64,000 nt of DNA from Schizochytrium sp. TIO01 (Eukaryota; Protista; Bigyra: Labyrinthulomycetes): the NCBI GenBank assembly GCA_004764695.1, contig SMSO01000031.1:7546761-7610760 (forward strand). The letters run 5' to 3'. The position numbers were made by a program, and so were the translations under genes. A model generated the notes under the pieces. The model did no database searches. It had not been told where the DNA came from and saw nothing but the letters and a program-made list of their open reading frames with translations. Position 1 is the stretch's first letter. Each line of letters starts with the position of its first letter. Shown here in pieces: positions 23,926 to 35,741 of this stretch.

Positions 23926-25233
23926 TTAGTATTTACTTTCTGCACCTCTTGCAGTTAGCTCATTACGCTTAACAATATTTGCTAGAGTTCCCGCTGACCT
24001 TTCCATTAAATTCTTACGAACATCAAAAGACACCAGACTAGGAAATTTAAGAAGTGATTTAACTAGGTCTTCTCCATCTTCTTCTGTGATTTCGTTGCAA
24101 GAAAGATCTAAAGCCGCCAAGGCTGATGTGCCTGAGAGAAATAAGTTACAGATGGATTGGGCAGATTCTGACGCAAGAGAGTTAGAACTAAGATTGAGAA
24201 TAGCGAGCGTCGAGTTTCGCGCGACACCTTCCAGCAAAAGTCGGCCACCTTCGTCTGTAAGGCGGTTCAGTCGAAGATTCAATTCGAGTAGACTAGCGTT
24301 ATGTCGAAGTGCTCGACCGAGGTAGCGCCCTCCTTCAACGTGAATTTGATTATCACAAAGATTGAGAGTAGAAACCACTGATTTCGGACCAAGAAGCTTG
24401 CTAATCAAACGTACACCATGATTGGTAATTTTATTATGCGAAAGGTCAAGATGCGTCACTGTGCAATTTGTAATGAGTCCAGTCATGAGCATCTGTACCA
24501 TGTCATCATCGATAAGGTTGCAGGGCAGGCAGAGAGTAGTCAAAGTAGAGGAACTCTTAATAGCTCGTGCAAGTGATCCAGCGTCACTCATTCTCATTCC
24601 GAACAATGATCGTTCATACTGCATACCAATCCTTTTAACGCCATAGGTTAGCTCGACTCGGCAGAGGTTGGGAAGATGTTCAAATAATAAAACAGGATCA
24701 AAGTGAGACAAAAGCTGGCCGATACGGAGCTGGAAAACAAAGTCCTCCGAAGCACGTAGATGTGCGAGAATAGACTCTTCGGTAACAGTATCGCTTCCAC
24801 CATTGGGTGTGTATTCTTCGAGTAGATCTTGCAAAGTCCGTTCAAGAAACAATTGTTTCCAAGTCATGCCGTGATTTGCGATCTCTAAATGCTTCCAAGG
24901 TTTTGACATGGACCGACGTTTCCAATAATTTTCATCGTAAATGTGAGCAGCAGCAATCTCGATATCAAGATCCAGGTCTAGCAATGCTGTGAGCAAGGGG
25001 ATTTGCTTGTCTGGGACTTTGTTGATTATCGGGCGTGCTTCAAAGTTTTTGGCGATAGCCTTGAGACAAAGCGTTCTCAAAGAGTCAATTGGATCCTCGT
25101 CATCGAAGACAAATCGCCCGCTCGTTGGAGTCTTCCCTGGGCGCGCTTCAAGGAGCCTACTCTTGAAGCGTTTTACTTCGTCAGCTACAGCAATTGCCGT
25201 GGTTGTGTTGCCTATGCTTGCGTCCATCATCAT
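23926..25233 (-). CDS. DRC5: Dynein regulatory complex subunit 5 / TCTE1 (RI-type LRR protein)
   Basis: SLRTLCLKAIAKNF, IYDENYWKRR, HGMTWKQLFLER, LTYGVKRIGMQYERSLFGMRMSDA, then RI-like LRRs (LDLSHNKITNHG, LNLRLNRLTDEGG). Likely ATG at 25233 rather than GTG 25275. Confidence 0.9.
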   Translation of the reverse strand: MMMDASIGNTTTAIAVADEVKRFKSRLLEARPGKTPTSGRFVFDDEDPIDSLRTLCLKAIAKNFEARPIINKVPDKQIPLLTALLDLDLDIEIAAAHIYDENYWKRRSMSKPWKHLEIANHGMTWKQLFLERTLQDLLEEYTPNGGSDTVTEESILAHLRASEDFVFQLRIGQLLSHFDPVLLFEHLPNLCRVELTYGVKRIGMQYERSLFGMRMSDAGSLARAIKSSSTLTTLCLPCNLIDDDMVQMLMTGLITNCTVTHLDLSHNKITNHGVRLISKLLGPKSVVSTLNLCDNQIHVEGGRYLGRALRHNASLLELNLRLNRLTDEGGRLLLEGVARNSTLAILNLSSNSLASESAQSICNLFLSGTSALAALDLSCNEITEEDGEDLVKSLLKFPSLVSFDVRKNLMERSAGTLANIVKRNELTARGAESKY

Positions 25234-26952
25234 ACTTATATAATGATGGTTTTGACAAGGTCCGTTTCCTTTCACGCTTCAGTTTTCTGCTCGACGACGC
25301 TCCCAACCAGCTCCGCAAGTTGATTGAATGCTTAAAAGGACACTCTTGCCTGCCCAATTTGGCAACCTCTACACCAGGCTGCCAACTCGTCCTTGCTGAA
25401 AAACTTCAAACACAGCTGAGCAGGTTTCGGAACTATTTCCTTTGAGCTACGAATACATTTACCCAGCATTATTATTCATAAGGAAAATAAGACTATGGGA
25501 ATTACACACCTTCCGGCATTCCTCAAAGTTGCAATGGAAAACAATGGTACAAGCTTTGGAAAGGAAAGGAAGAAAATATGCCCCTCACGCATCTTAAATC
25601 AATTAGACGACCTGAGCGAATAACAGGAATAATCTGGTATGGAATCTGGCATGGACAAGGATTAATAAAGATGTATGGTTTATACATCAGAACTGATAAG
25701 CCTACTTCTGATTCCCTTTCATGAAGCGCATTATTAGCTTGAAGAAGTCTCTCCTTATTCGGCTTTCATAACGGACCTATAAGTCTCTTTATGAACCTAT
25801 TTAAGTCTCTTATAATTCATGTCCTCTACTTGTCCATTTGGCCAAATCTATTAGGCCCTGTGCTCAAGGAGTGGTATCTTCAATTGCCGAGGAGCTCAAC
25901 TTGTCTAGTTACCACGTGCGGTTTGCTTTACAGCCTCTAGAGATGTTTGAACAGCCCAACCAAAGCATGGAATTGATAGCCTATGCTGGTACGTTAACGT
26001 CTTTTTTCTTTCAAAGTGAGAGAGCAAAGAAAATAAAAGAAATCCCCTTGAAAACTAACCACCACAATAGCAATGATAGGGCCCTATAATAATTGGTAAT
26101 CAATCATCTACATTGCGTTTTCAATTTAATTTCTTAAATATTAATTATTTAAAAGATAAAATAAATAAGAATGAACTAAAAGCTGCTTATAAAGGCTAAC
26201 TGACCATCATCTAACGACCGTGGCGGTTGCTATAGCTTTCTCTAGCACTTGCTAGCGGGGCAATCTTTGAGGCGGATTCACTTCGATGGAGATCGATTGA
26301 TTTGAAGAATGTAGCTTCAGAAGAAGGGCAACGTTATATGGAAACACGATAGAGAGCCAACTCACATGCTTCTGCAGGAACAGTTTAGAGTCGGATTGCT
26401 CTGAGAGCAAGGCTTCCCATTCACTCGTCATTGATTTATTTATCTCTACGATTCATGGCTAGCCAGCTGTTCTCTCCTAATGATCTGCAATGAGCTGAGG
26501 AGACCAAAGTTCATGAAAATTGCAATGCTGCGAATCGCACTGTCGAAACAAAGAGCATGTCACTGGCAGCAAAAGCTGTGCAAGATTACGCACGCACCTA
26601 GCAAAGGCAGCGTCTTGGGCACATCTTGAAGAGAGCAGCTGCTGAGACCAGACGCGGCATCTAAATGTTGCACAAATCAGAAAGCACCCAAATCAGAGGA
26701 TGGCAAGCAAGCTACTAATAATATAATAGATTGAAAGAGAGAGAGCAACAACTATTTGGGCTATTGTGGAGCACAATAGAGAATAGTGGCTCTGCACAGT
26801 GAGTTATAGGATACTCCACAGTGAAGAGCGCGTTATAAGCTAGTGAGGAAAGAGGGAAAGACGAACATCTTGGATAGGTAGGTATTGATAGAGAATAATA
26901 ATGAGATATGATGAAAGAAAAGTAGTTTTTAATGATCTACTGTTTCTTATCA

Positions 26953-27022
26953 GTCGATCGATCGATCGATCAATCATTTAATCAACAGCGAGATCGATTG
27001 ATCGATTGATTGATCGATCGAC
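26953..27022. repeat. Imperfect inverted repeat built from (GATC)n/(GATT)n just upstream of the DDT gene
   Basis: GTCGATCGATCGATCGATCAATC (26953-26975) and GATTGATCGATTGATTGATCGATCGAC (26996-27022) are near reverse complements. Confidence 0.8.
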
Positions 27023-27068
27023 ACCGCCCCGTTGGTCGGTCTGCTCGGGTCGGTGGCTGCGGACTGAC

Positions 27069-30000
27069 ATGAAGTCACCCGCAGAGGACTCCGAGGCCAG
27101 CTCGGGCCTGAGCCCCTCTCCTGGCGGCAGCGAGGACGGGAGCGAGAACGAGATGGCCCATGACAGCGAGGACGCCAACGACCACGCCGAGGAGGACCAC
27201 GAGAATGGCTCCATGGATGGCAACAACGATGGAAAGGAAGAAGAAGAAGAGAAGAAGAATGAAATCAGGAGTAAGAGTACTGGTAAAGGCAAGAACAACA
27301 CCAGCAAGAATGCCAGCAGCAAGACTGAGAAAAATGGCAAAAGCCCGAAGAACGCCAGCAAAAACGTTGATGATGCAGAAGTCAGCGATGACAGCGATGA
27401 CAGCGATGAAGATAATGCCAAAATGAAGGAGGACTCTGGCAAAGAAAGCGACGATGAGATTGGTAACGACGCCAAGATAAAAAAGAAGAAAACCACCAAC
27501 GACGTGAAGAAGAGCAGGAAGCACAAGAAGGAGGACTCTGGAGATGAGGATGATAACGCTAATCTCACAGAATCTGGCAAGATGGAGAAAGCCAAGAAGA
27601 AAACTGATGGTGAGAAAAAGGGCAAGATTATCATCAAGATGAAGAATAATGAAGGCAGCGAGAATCCGGACGTTGCAGCGCTCATGGAGGGCCTGAGCGA
27701 CGACGACGACGACGACGACGACGATGATGGTGATAATGACGATGACAATGAGAACGGCGGCGACGACGGCGACGAAAGGTCCAAAAACGGAAGCAGAAAG
27801 AAAGGATCGAAGGCCGGCAACGACGATGACGAAGACGATGAAGACGACGAAGACGATGATGGCAGCAAGAAGAAACGACGACGCAAGAAGGGAGAGTCCC
27901 GTGGCAAGCGTTCCTTCGAGGACCTCATCACAAAGATCCTATATGAGCACAGAAGGTCTGTCAAAGGCGTCACCACACAACAGCTCAAAAAGGAGATGCT
28001 TAATAAATACGGATGCGGATCCGCGAGGTTCATGCAGCACTTCCAGCTCGCGGTGAGCCGCATGCACAAAGAGCATAAGTTGCTAAAGCTAAGTCACAGG
28101 TTTAAATTGGACAAGAAGTATCAGGCGAAGCTCCACAATGCTGAGTTGAAGCGCGAGCGCGAGCGCAAGGACGCAGACCTGAAACGTAGGCTCAAGACGG
28201 GCGATGTGACGATTGACGAGCTGCAAACCATTCATCGCAAGGAAGAAGCTGAGAAGCAGCGTAAGGAGGAGGCCAGAAAGAAAGCTCAAGAACGACGCGA
28301 TGCTAAAGCCAAGGAGCGTGCTAAGAAGGAAGAAGCTGAAGGCAAGACTAAACCCAAGAATAAAGCAAAGACAAAGGGCGACAAAAAGGACAAGAAACCC
28401 AAGAGCGATAAGAAGGAAAAAAGTACGGAGAAGAAGAAAAAGAAGACCTATACACCGGGACTGCCAAAACCACCCCTGCCGGTGATTGACCTTCCGTATG
28501 ATGCAGCTGTGCTCCAAGACCTTATGGCTATTGTAGAATTCTGCTGCGAGTTCTCACACATTGTCAAACTCACGCCCTTCAGCGCGGAGATGCTCTACAA
28601 AGCTCTCAACGACACCGAGGTCACACCACTCCTTCGGGAACTCCATCTTGTCTTCCTCGGGCTTTGCCTCGAACCTGAGATGAACCAAGATGAAAAGGTT
28701 GTACGTTGGGATTGGTTCAAAATGCTCAACTCTCTTACTTGGCAAGAAATCCTGCGCCGCTACCTTATAAGGAGCACTGCTCTCCTTGGCTCTGAGTGGC
28801 CGCCTTATGAAGAGCTCGTATCTGCTCAGAAACACTTGCAGAACGAGAGCTACGTTACCCTCAGTGTGGTTCAGAAGGTTGCGATTATCCGGGCCCTCAT
28901 CGACGAGGTCCAATCCCACCCTGAAATTGTTGAGGAGGTGGACCGTCTCACCAAGGAGCTTCTCGCCCGCTCAACAAAGCTGTACCACATGGATATGGCC
29001 GTCCGCAGACAAATCAATCTCGTCCAAAAGCACCAAGCCCTTCTTGAGCAAGGAAAAGACGCACCTTATAATGAGGACTTCAATGCTCTCGGCGAGGCTA
29101 ATTCGAACGCCGCTGCTGCCAGCTCTTCACGCCGTGGTAAAAAGAAAGCACCGGAACCTGAGGAAACCTCTGATGTAGAGGACGGCGAAAATGACGATGA
29201 TAACCATGATGATGATCAGGACTCTACTAGTGGAGGCAAAGGGAAGGGCGGCAAAGCTTCTGCTGCTTCGAAAGCACGCGGTGGCAGAAAGTGGAAGAAG
29301 ATGAAGACCCTTGAGGACCTCGAAAAAGTTTCTGAGCCTATTAGTGGAGCCAAGTTGAAGGCTCGCAAGGCTTACTTTGAACAAAGAGCCAAGGAGCTTG
29401 CCAAGATGAAGGATGACCTTGTGCTTGACTTTGGTGTAGACAAATTCGCCAACTTTCGTCTTCGTGCTGAGGCCTGGGGAAAAGATGCTAAGGGCAACGC
29501 ATATTGGACATTCCGAAGTGACCCTGGCCGTTTGTGGATTTATGGACCCGGCGTCCGCGGAGAGCGCCATGCTCGCGAGAAGGCCCTTGGGATTAAAACC
29601 CCAAAACATTCGGACTCTTCCAAAGAAGATAAATCCAAGTCATCTCAGTCGTCGAAGGTCAATGTTGCGATCCCAACTGTGGACACCAAGGTTGAGACAG
29701 TTCAAGAGAACATCCACGAAGCCGAGGGGGCAGCCGTAGTCCCTGGCGCCAGCCCGACTTCTCGCGAAGCTCTCAAGAGATGGAGGTTTTACGACACTGT
29801 CGATCAGTTCGATGGTTTCCTTGTATCTCTTGACCCAATGTACAATCGGGAGCGCCATCTTAAGGAAACACTTACTGATTTTCGCCGTTTTGTTACGTAC
29901 AACATGGTCACTGAAGCCGAGCGGGAAGCAGCTGCCAAAAAAGCCGCTGAGGAGGAGACCAAAAGGGAGGAAGAAGCTAGGCAACGCGAACAGGAGCAAA

Positions 30001-31940
30001 ACGCCAGTGGTGAGGACCAGAACGATGTGCCAAAGAAAGAAGCAGATGGAACACCAATTGAGGTGGAGGAAGTCATGGACTTTGCTGCTTTCAGACCGCG
30101 GCCTAAACGTAATGCTGCAAAGCAAGCTGAGGAGCAGATGCGCCAAAGCGGCCGAAGCGCAAAGAAACCTGCTGCTGTAGACCCGGAGCCACCTAAGGAG
30201 ACCAAGAAAAAACGGGAGAAGACCTGGAAAGACACTGATCCAGATGCATACAAGAAGTATCGCAACTTGATGAACCATGTGAATGGCCGAGAGCTGGATC
30301 TAAACAAACCTGATCCTGAAGACAATTTCCTTGATGATTTTGACCTCAAATTGTTCAAAGATGCAGAGCGTCCTGTGATTACTGCTCGCGTTCTCAAGAA
30401 GGACCTTGGTGAGCTCGCAAACTTTATTGAAGCTCATGGAGGCAAATTCGAATTGGAAAATGGGAAGGAAGATTTCGTTAAGGAGGCTGACGCCGTGCTT
30501 GGCGCATGGGCCAAGGAGGATAGTACAAAGAGTGAAGTCGAGAAATCTACGAAAATGGAAGAGCAGAAGGCTGACAATTCTAATCACATGGAGATTGACA
30601 CTACTCTTAACAGCGATGGTGAGAAGAACGGCAAGGTTGGTGTCAGTGCTCCCGAATCGGTTCTCTTTGACACAAAGGCACGCGCTGGCCTCGAGAAGAT
30701 TTGCATTACCTTGGAGCAGGCCGCCACGGAGGCAGTAATCGCCACAAAGAAACAGCAAATCATTGATGAGGCAGAGCGCATTAGGCAGCAAAAATTTGAA
30801 GAAGAACTCGAAAAGGAGCGTGAAGCCCAGCGTGTGGCTATGCAAGAAGCCCGGAAGCGCCGCAATGACGAAAGACGCCGTGCCGCTTCGGTGAAGCGCC
30901 GCCGAGACCTGGCGTTGCGTAGCGGGCGTAACACACGCAGCGCAGCAAGTGCGCGGAAAACACGGAAGCGCACAAAGCGGGACGAAATCCCAGAGGCTAC
31001 ACTCAGCGGTCGAATCGTCAGACGAGTTAATTACCGGGAAGGCGCCTCTGAAGATGGTTCTGATTCTGATTCTGAAGGGGATGAGGATGTGGTCTATCGC
31101 CATATGGAGGAAGAAGATGATGATGACGAAGAGGATATCCGGGCAGACGAGGTTGATGACGAAGAGGACGAGAATGATGAAGAGAAGGAGCTCGAGGATT
31201 CCGATAAAGAGGACGAGAAAGAGCTTAAGGAGGCTGTAAAGAAGAAGATGGCAAAGGCTGAGGCCGAGGCCGAAGCAGCAGCAGCAGCAGCAACAACGAC
31301 AACCTCTGTCGAAGAAGAGACCAAGGTAGATGTCCAGGAAGATATTGATATCGAAGTCTCTGGTGCAGAGGCCGAACGCATTCAAATGATGATTAAGCTG
31401 GAGACAAAGTTCCCTGTCGGTCTGCGTGTGCGCTGTGACTTGGAGCCTCAAGATCAGGTGAAATCTGAAGACACAAAGTCTGTACTTTCACCAAGTAAAG
31501 GACGGTACGTCTCTCACATGGTCAATGGCAAGGTTAAGTCTTTCAATCCTGCTTCGTACTTGTCAATGGATCGTGTACAAGATCTCTGGAGCATTGAACT
31601 AGAAAATGGCAAGACGATTACTCTTGACGAAAAGGAAACAAAGATTGCCTATGTGCGTTATCGTCGTTATGAACGCGAAAGCAACAATGTCAATGAGGAT
31701 GATAACGAAGAGGAGGACGATGGTGTTATGCACGTCGAAAATGAAGAAAATCAAGAGGAAAAACGCCGTATTCGCGTTTTATGGGGCTCGAAGAGTGAGC
31801 GTGACGCATGGTTACATACATTGCAAGCTTCGGAGACCTGTAGCGCATGGTCTTCAGCCATTTATCAACTTGCGAATCGCATTTTTGTCAACAACGCACT
31901 TTCTAACAATGCTGAGGAGGATGATTCGGATGACGCATGA
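27069..31940 (+). CDS. DDT-WHIM1-WSD (BAZ/ACF1/Itc1-like) ISWI-partner chromatin protein with H15-like and Tudor-like domains
   Basis: DDT: QDLMAIVEFCCEFSHIVKLTPFSAEML...LLRELH. WHIM1: LSVVQKVAIIRALIDEV. WHIM2: RAEAWGKDAKGNAYW. WHIM3: WRFYDTVDQFDGFLVSLD...ERHL. ATG at 27069. Confidence 0.88.
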   Translation: MKSPAEDSEASSGLSPSPGGSEDGSENEMAHDSEDANDHAEEDHENGSMDGNNDGKEEEEEKKNEIRSKSTGKGKNNTSKNASSKTEKNGKSPKNASKNVDDAEVSDDSDDSDEDNAKMKEDSGKESDDEIGNDAKIKKKKTTNDVKKSRKHKKEDSGDEDDNANLTESGKMEKAKKKTDGEKKGKIIIKMKNNEGSENPDVAALMEGLSDDDDDDDDDDGDNDDDNENGGDDGDERSKNGSRKKGSKAGNDDDEDDEDDEDDDGSKKKRRRKKGESRGKRSFEDLITKILYEHRRSVKGVTTQQLKKEMLNKYGCGSARFMQHFQLAVSRMHKEHKLLKLSHRFKLDKKYQAKLHNAELKRERERKDADLKRRLKTGDVTIDELQTIHRKEEAEKQRKEEARKKAQERRDAKAKERAKKEEAEGKTKPKNKAKTKGDKKDKKPKSDKKEKSTEKKKKKTYTPGLPKPPLPVIDLPYDAAVLQDLMAIVEFCCEFSHIVKLTPFSAEMLYKALNDTEVTPLLRELHLVFLGLCLEPEMNQDEKVVRWDWFKMLNSLTWQEILRRYLIRSTALLGSEWPPYEELVSAQKHLQNESYVTLSVVQKVAIIRALIDEVQSHPEIVEEVDRLTKELLARSTKLYHMDMAVRRQINLVQKHQALLEQGKDAPYNEDFNALGEANSNAAAASSSRRGKKKAPEPEETSDVEDGENDDDNHDDDQDSTSGGKGKGGKASAASKARGGRKWKKMKTLEDLEKVSEPISGAKLKARKAYFEQRAKELAKMKDDLVLDFGVDKFANFRLRAEAWGKDAKGNAYWTFRSDPGRLWIYGPGVRGERHAREKALGIKTPKHSDSSKEDKSKSSQSSKVNVAIPTVDTKVETVQENIHEAEGAAVVPGASPTSREALKRWRFYDTVDQFDGFLVSLDPMYNRERHLKETLTDFRRFVTYNMVTEAEREAAAKKAAEEETKREEEARQREQEQNASGEDQNDVPKKEADGTPIEVEEVMDFAAFRPRPKRNAAKQAEEQMRQSGRSAKKPAAVDPEPPKETKKKREKTWKDTDPDAYKKYRNLMNHVNGRELDLNKPDPEDNFLDDFDLKLFKDAERPVITARVLKKDLGELANFIEAHGGKFELENGKEDFVKEADAVLGAWAKEDSTKSEVEKSTKMEEQKADNSNHMEIDTTLNSDGEKNGKVGVSAPESVLFDTKARAGLEKICITLEQAATEAVIATKKQQIIDEAERIRQQKFEEELEKEREAQRVAMQEARKRRNDERRRAASVKRRRDLALRSGRNTRSAASARKTRKRTKRDEIPEATLSGRIVRRVNYREGASEDGSDSDSEGDEDVVYRHMEEEDDDDEEDIRADEVDDEEDENDEEKELEDSDKEDEKELKEAVKKKMAKAEAEAEAAAAAATTTTSVEEETKVDVQEDIDIEVSGAEAERIQMMIKLETKFPVGLRVRCDLEPQDQVKSEDTKSVLSPSKGRYVSHMVNGKVKSFNPASYLSMDRVQDLWSIELENGKTITLDEKETKIAYVRYRRYERESNNVNEDDNEEEDDGVMHVENEENQEEKRRIRVLWGSKSERDAWLHTLQASETCSAWSSAIYQLANRIFVNNALSNNAEEDDSDDA

Positions 31941-32205
31941 AATCCATCATAACACTAAAACTAAAACACATTTTTTAAAATCAAGAAATATTTGAGAAAA
32001 CAGAGTCTCCTGTCTTTACTAAGCCGGATCGGGAATACTACAGTTTAGCTACTTTTAAGAAAGAATAAAGAAGTGTCCGACGTGATTTCCAATTATGTCT
32101 TTCCCTAACTTTTAAAAAGATAGTAGTCATTAGTAAAAGAGATTCTTGTGTACACGTCTTTGTTTAAATTTTCTACAACAAATGTGGCTTTAGTCTCACA
32201 AAGAA

Positions 32206-35200
32206 TCACCACTCTTCATTTAAGTCCTCATTAGCAACAATTTTGCCATCTTCATCTTCATCTTCATCATCGCTTTGAGAAAGGTCATCCATAGAGTAAA
32301 CATAACGGTCCAATAAGTCAGTGTACGATGGTTGTAAATCCCTACAGCTAGATCTGGATGTTCGTGCCACTTTAGCTGCATTAGTCTTCTGTGACTCTAG
32401 CTGCTCTGCTAAATTGCAGTTGCCATCCTCGTCTTCTCCATAGGACTGTTCACCTTTATCACGTACAGGCACACTGCTTTCACATGCTTTCACTTCGAGA
32501 TTATCATCGCTCTCCTGAGAAGTTGAAGCTTTGTCACCTTCATTCCCCTCCTCACAGCGTCCATGTCTGTGCTTAGAACGTGGAGTTTTGCTCTGCAACG
32601 AGGTGTTGCTTTGTATGGCTGAGGGTGGCGGTCCGCGAGGTGGTGAGGGAGGAGGAGATATAGAGCTAGACTTGAAATTTACTTTGCTCGCCGCAAATAC
32701 AGAGACGTTTCGAGTCGAAGCACTTAATGGAAAAGCGGAATGCTGCCGTTGCGAAGGAGGTGGAGGTGGAGGAGGAAAGGATGACGATATCTTACGATTC
32801 TGTTTTCGTACACGAAGAAGGTCCTTTTCGTAGGCTGCCTCTCTAGAGCGCTGTTGTGCATGAAAACGACGCAATTGTTCTGTATGGCGATCCTTAAGTT
32901 GTTGAATAGATTTCTCTGCAGCTGCTGTGGATCTGCGGGCCATCTCCAACTGCATGTTATGCTCTTTACGAACGGCACTTGTGCGTTGTTGATGCTCCAA
33001 TTCCAACTGGCGCACAAACTTATCATGTTCTTCAACTAGTTGCTGCATCTTTGCCTCAATCTCACGGTAGCGCTTTGCATGCTGCTCCTTCAATTCTGCA
33101 ATTTCTTGAGCGTGGTCAATACCCATTTCGTCCCTTACACGAAGAAGCTCTGCCTCAAGAGAACGTATACGCTGCGATGTAGAGCTGGACTCCACCTCTC
33201 GCGAGGTTCGTAAAGAAAGGTTTTCCTTCTGCAAAGCCTGAATCTGGCTTTCGGCCTTCTCCAGGGCCTTCATACGATCTGTATCAATCTGTTTTTGAGT
33301 TTTCTCTTGTGCTTGTTGAACGCGAACAGTTTCTTCACGGAATCGAGCATCCGCACTTTCCCTCTGCTTTTTCTCAGTTGCAAGTTCAATGCATTTCAGT
33401 TCAAACGCACGCCTACGATCCTCAAGATCTTTGATCCGAGTTTCATATTCCTCTTTCTGAGAGGCAAGTTTATCCGTAGCTTCTTTCTTAGCTTCTTCAA
33501 TTTTTTGTACATATTCTGACTGTAAAGAGAGCTTCTCTGCACGCCGCCCCTCATGGGCCTGGCGAAGAGCTCGCTGTGACATCTCTGCGCCTTCCTTATT
33601 GATATTCCGCAAATACCGATCTCTCTGTACCCATGAATGCAAGGCTTCATCTAATATACACCATAAGCTATATAAACCTTGCTCGCGTTTAAGTTCTACA
33701 GGAAGATGCCGCATTCGCGGACTTGAAGTCCATGCAGATTCACTTTCGAATAGTTTGTTTATGCAAGCTTTGAATTCGTGTTGTAGCCATGCTATGCCAA
33801 GTGTGGCAGGTGACGAAGCTTTAAGAGAGCTTTGGATGTGGTCTGGGTTATGGGCTATATCAGCATTTGCTGTGGTGCTTCTAGTTTCGTACTTCAGCGG
33901 AATTTTTATCCAGTGCCCGCTGAATATCTTGCACATGGTTTGTTTCTTGTTCATATTGATACGGCTGACGGCGTTTGCGAAGCTCCCAAAAGCTTACCTC
34001 CTCAGCGAACTTGTTGCTTTGCTCGGCATGGTTTTCTAGTCCTGCCCCTATCGGTACCGCCTCCTCTACTGGGTTGATTAAAGGACGAGGTTGTGGTCGC
34101 TCCATGTGTATGTGAGGATTTGATCTTGTGTTAGCTGGGGTTTGTTTATTAGGGTCTTGTTTTGTCTCTGATACCGTTACCTTTGCACCCGGCGGTGCTG
34201 CTAAATCAAATAGTTTACTATAATTTGCATGTAGCTGGCGGTCCCGCTCGAATTGCAACGTTCGATCAAGTCGTTTTTGTTGATCTGCAAAGAACCTTTG
34301 AATATCCTTAGCTTTGTCCATTGGTGATCGTGAGTCGAGCAGCTGATGCGATGACGGTCCATGCGATAAAGGGCCTTGGGATTGGCGAAAAGGGTGCGTC
34401 ATAGTCTCATAAACAGAATTTGCCTCAGATGGCGGCTTTGCGCCAACAGACATACGTTGGTGTTCATTTGGCATTTGTCCCGTGAAAAGATCTGTTGAAC
34501 TGTTTTTATAATTTGCTGGTGGTTTGGTTGGGACATAGCTCACGCGTTGTCGGTGAGGTGTTGTCATGGAGTCAGTCTCATCCTCTGGAAAATGGCGTTG
34601 AGCAACTCGACGCGATTGCCCAGAGTTTCTACTCGCTGTACTACTTCGTCCTGGAGAATTCATCTTCACACCCTCGAATGAAAAGCAATCCTGGCGGGGG
34701 GAAGCATTGTCGCCAGCCCGAGGGCTTGGGATAAGAATATCTACACTACCACTACGATGAATGCGGGCCTTGGTTTGTATAGCGCCCGGGCCTTGGGCTG
34801 CTGCATGAAGTCCTGAAGCACTGATAGTAACTCCAGATGCTGTTGAAAGTACTGAGCGAGGGGTCGTTGGGCGTAGCTCATTCTGATTGCGACCATGCGT
34901 ATCATGTTGCTGAAAAGTTTCCCAGTCTGGGAGTTCATCCTCAGGAAGCGGCATGACCCAGCCGTGGCGATCCATAGCTGAGACAAGTGGCTTCCTGGTT
35001 ATGTGTTGAATCTGAGGTCTTTCGTGAGTAGGTCGCTGTGAGCTAGGTTGCCCTTGGTGATTTGAGATAGGTCTAGAATGGTCTTGCTGTTGTACTGAAG
35101 ATCTTGTTGCCACTCCGGGTGGAACTTCACCTCCGGTCCGCCTAGTTCCAACCTGACGACTTGATGGAGGCATCGCAAATGCTTGCCTCGACGTTCTCGT

Positions 35201-35209
35201 CGAGGCCAT
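32206..35209 (-). CDS. Probable single gene in two frames: disordered S/P/R-rich N-terminus plus long coiled coil and poly-Pro C-terminus
   Basis: ORFs 35209-33881 and 33954-32206 overlap on the same strand in different frames. A candidate phase-0 intron (GTAAGC at 33997 to TACAG at 33625) joins FAEE|RDRYL. Confidence 0.55.
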
Positions 35210-35741
35210 GAGCTTGCCTCAATATTTTTTTGTATCTTGGCACCTGCCCGTGCCTGAATCACTAGTAGAACTGGCCAAACTATGTAAGTTTCTGTTGTCC
35301 AGACTCTACTTGGATGGGATGATCAGCGCCGTGGTTATCAAAAGCTCAACGGAGCTTACTTCACAGGTACCTCACTATATACAAATATAGCGTTGCGGGG
35401 CTGCAAGAGAGCCCCATGGGGCTCAGGGAAGCTCTCCACGAGCCACGCTACCTTGCTGAAGCAGCAGCAGCAATTGTAGTCTACGGCATCCCATTTTTTA
35501 TTTCTTTTTTCACAGTGCTTTCTCATTGAACGTTGCCAACCTTACCTGAGACAAAGAACAGAGAAAATTGAAATAGAACGGAACAAACGTAGGAAAAAAC
35601 AGCAACTTCAAGAGGCAATCGCGCGCCAGTGCACCTTGATATCGGCTAAATCAGTTTATATTCGGATAAACCATAGGGGCTATAATAGAAACATTGTAGG
35701 GACTGGGCGCAGAACCTGAGAATCACAGTACAATATCAAAA

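Noticed and set aside
25350-25366. X-box-like GTTGCCAAATTGGGCA upstream of DRC5
   Set aside because: Only a half-site with wrong spacing, and RFX control is not established for the inferred lineage.
26978-31451. Long antisense ORFs over the DDT gene (363, 383, 212 aa etc.)
   Set aside because: Shadows of low-complexity K/E/D codons; the products are poly-S/F/L with no independent coding signal.
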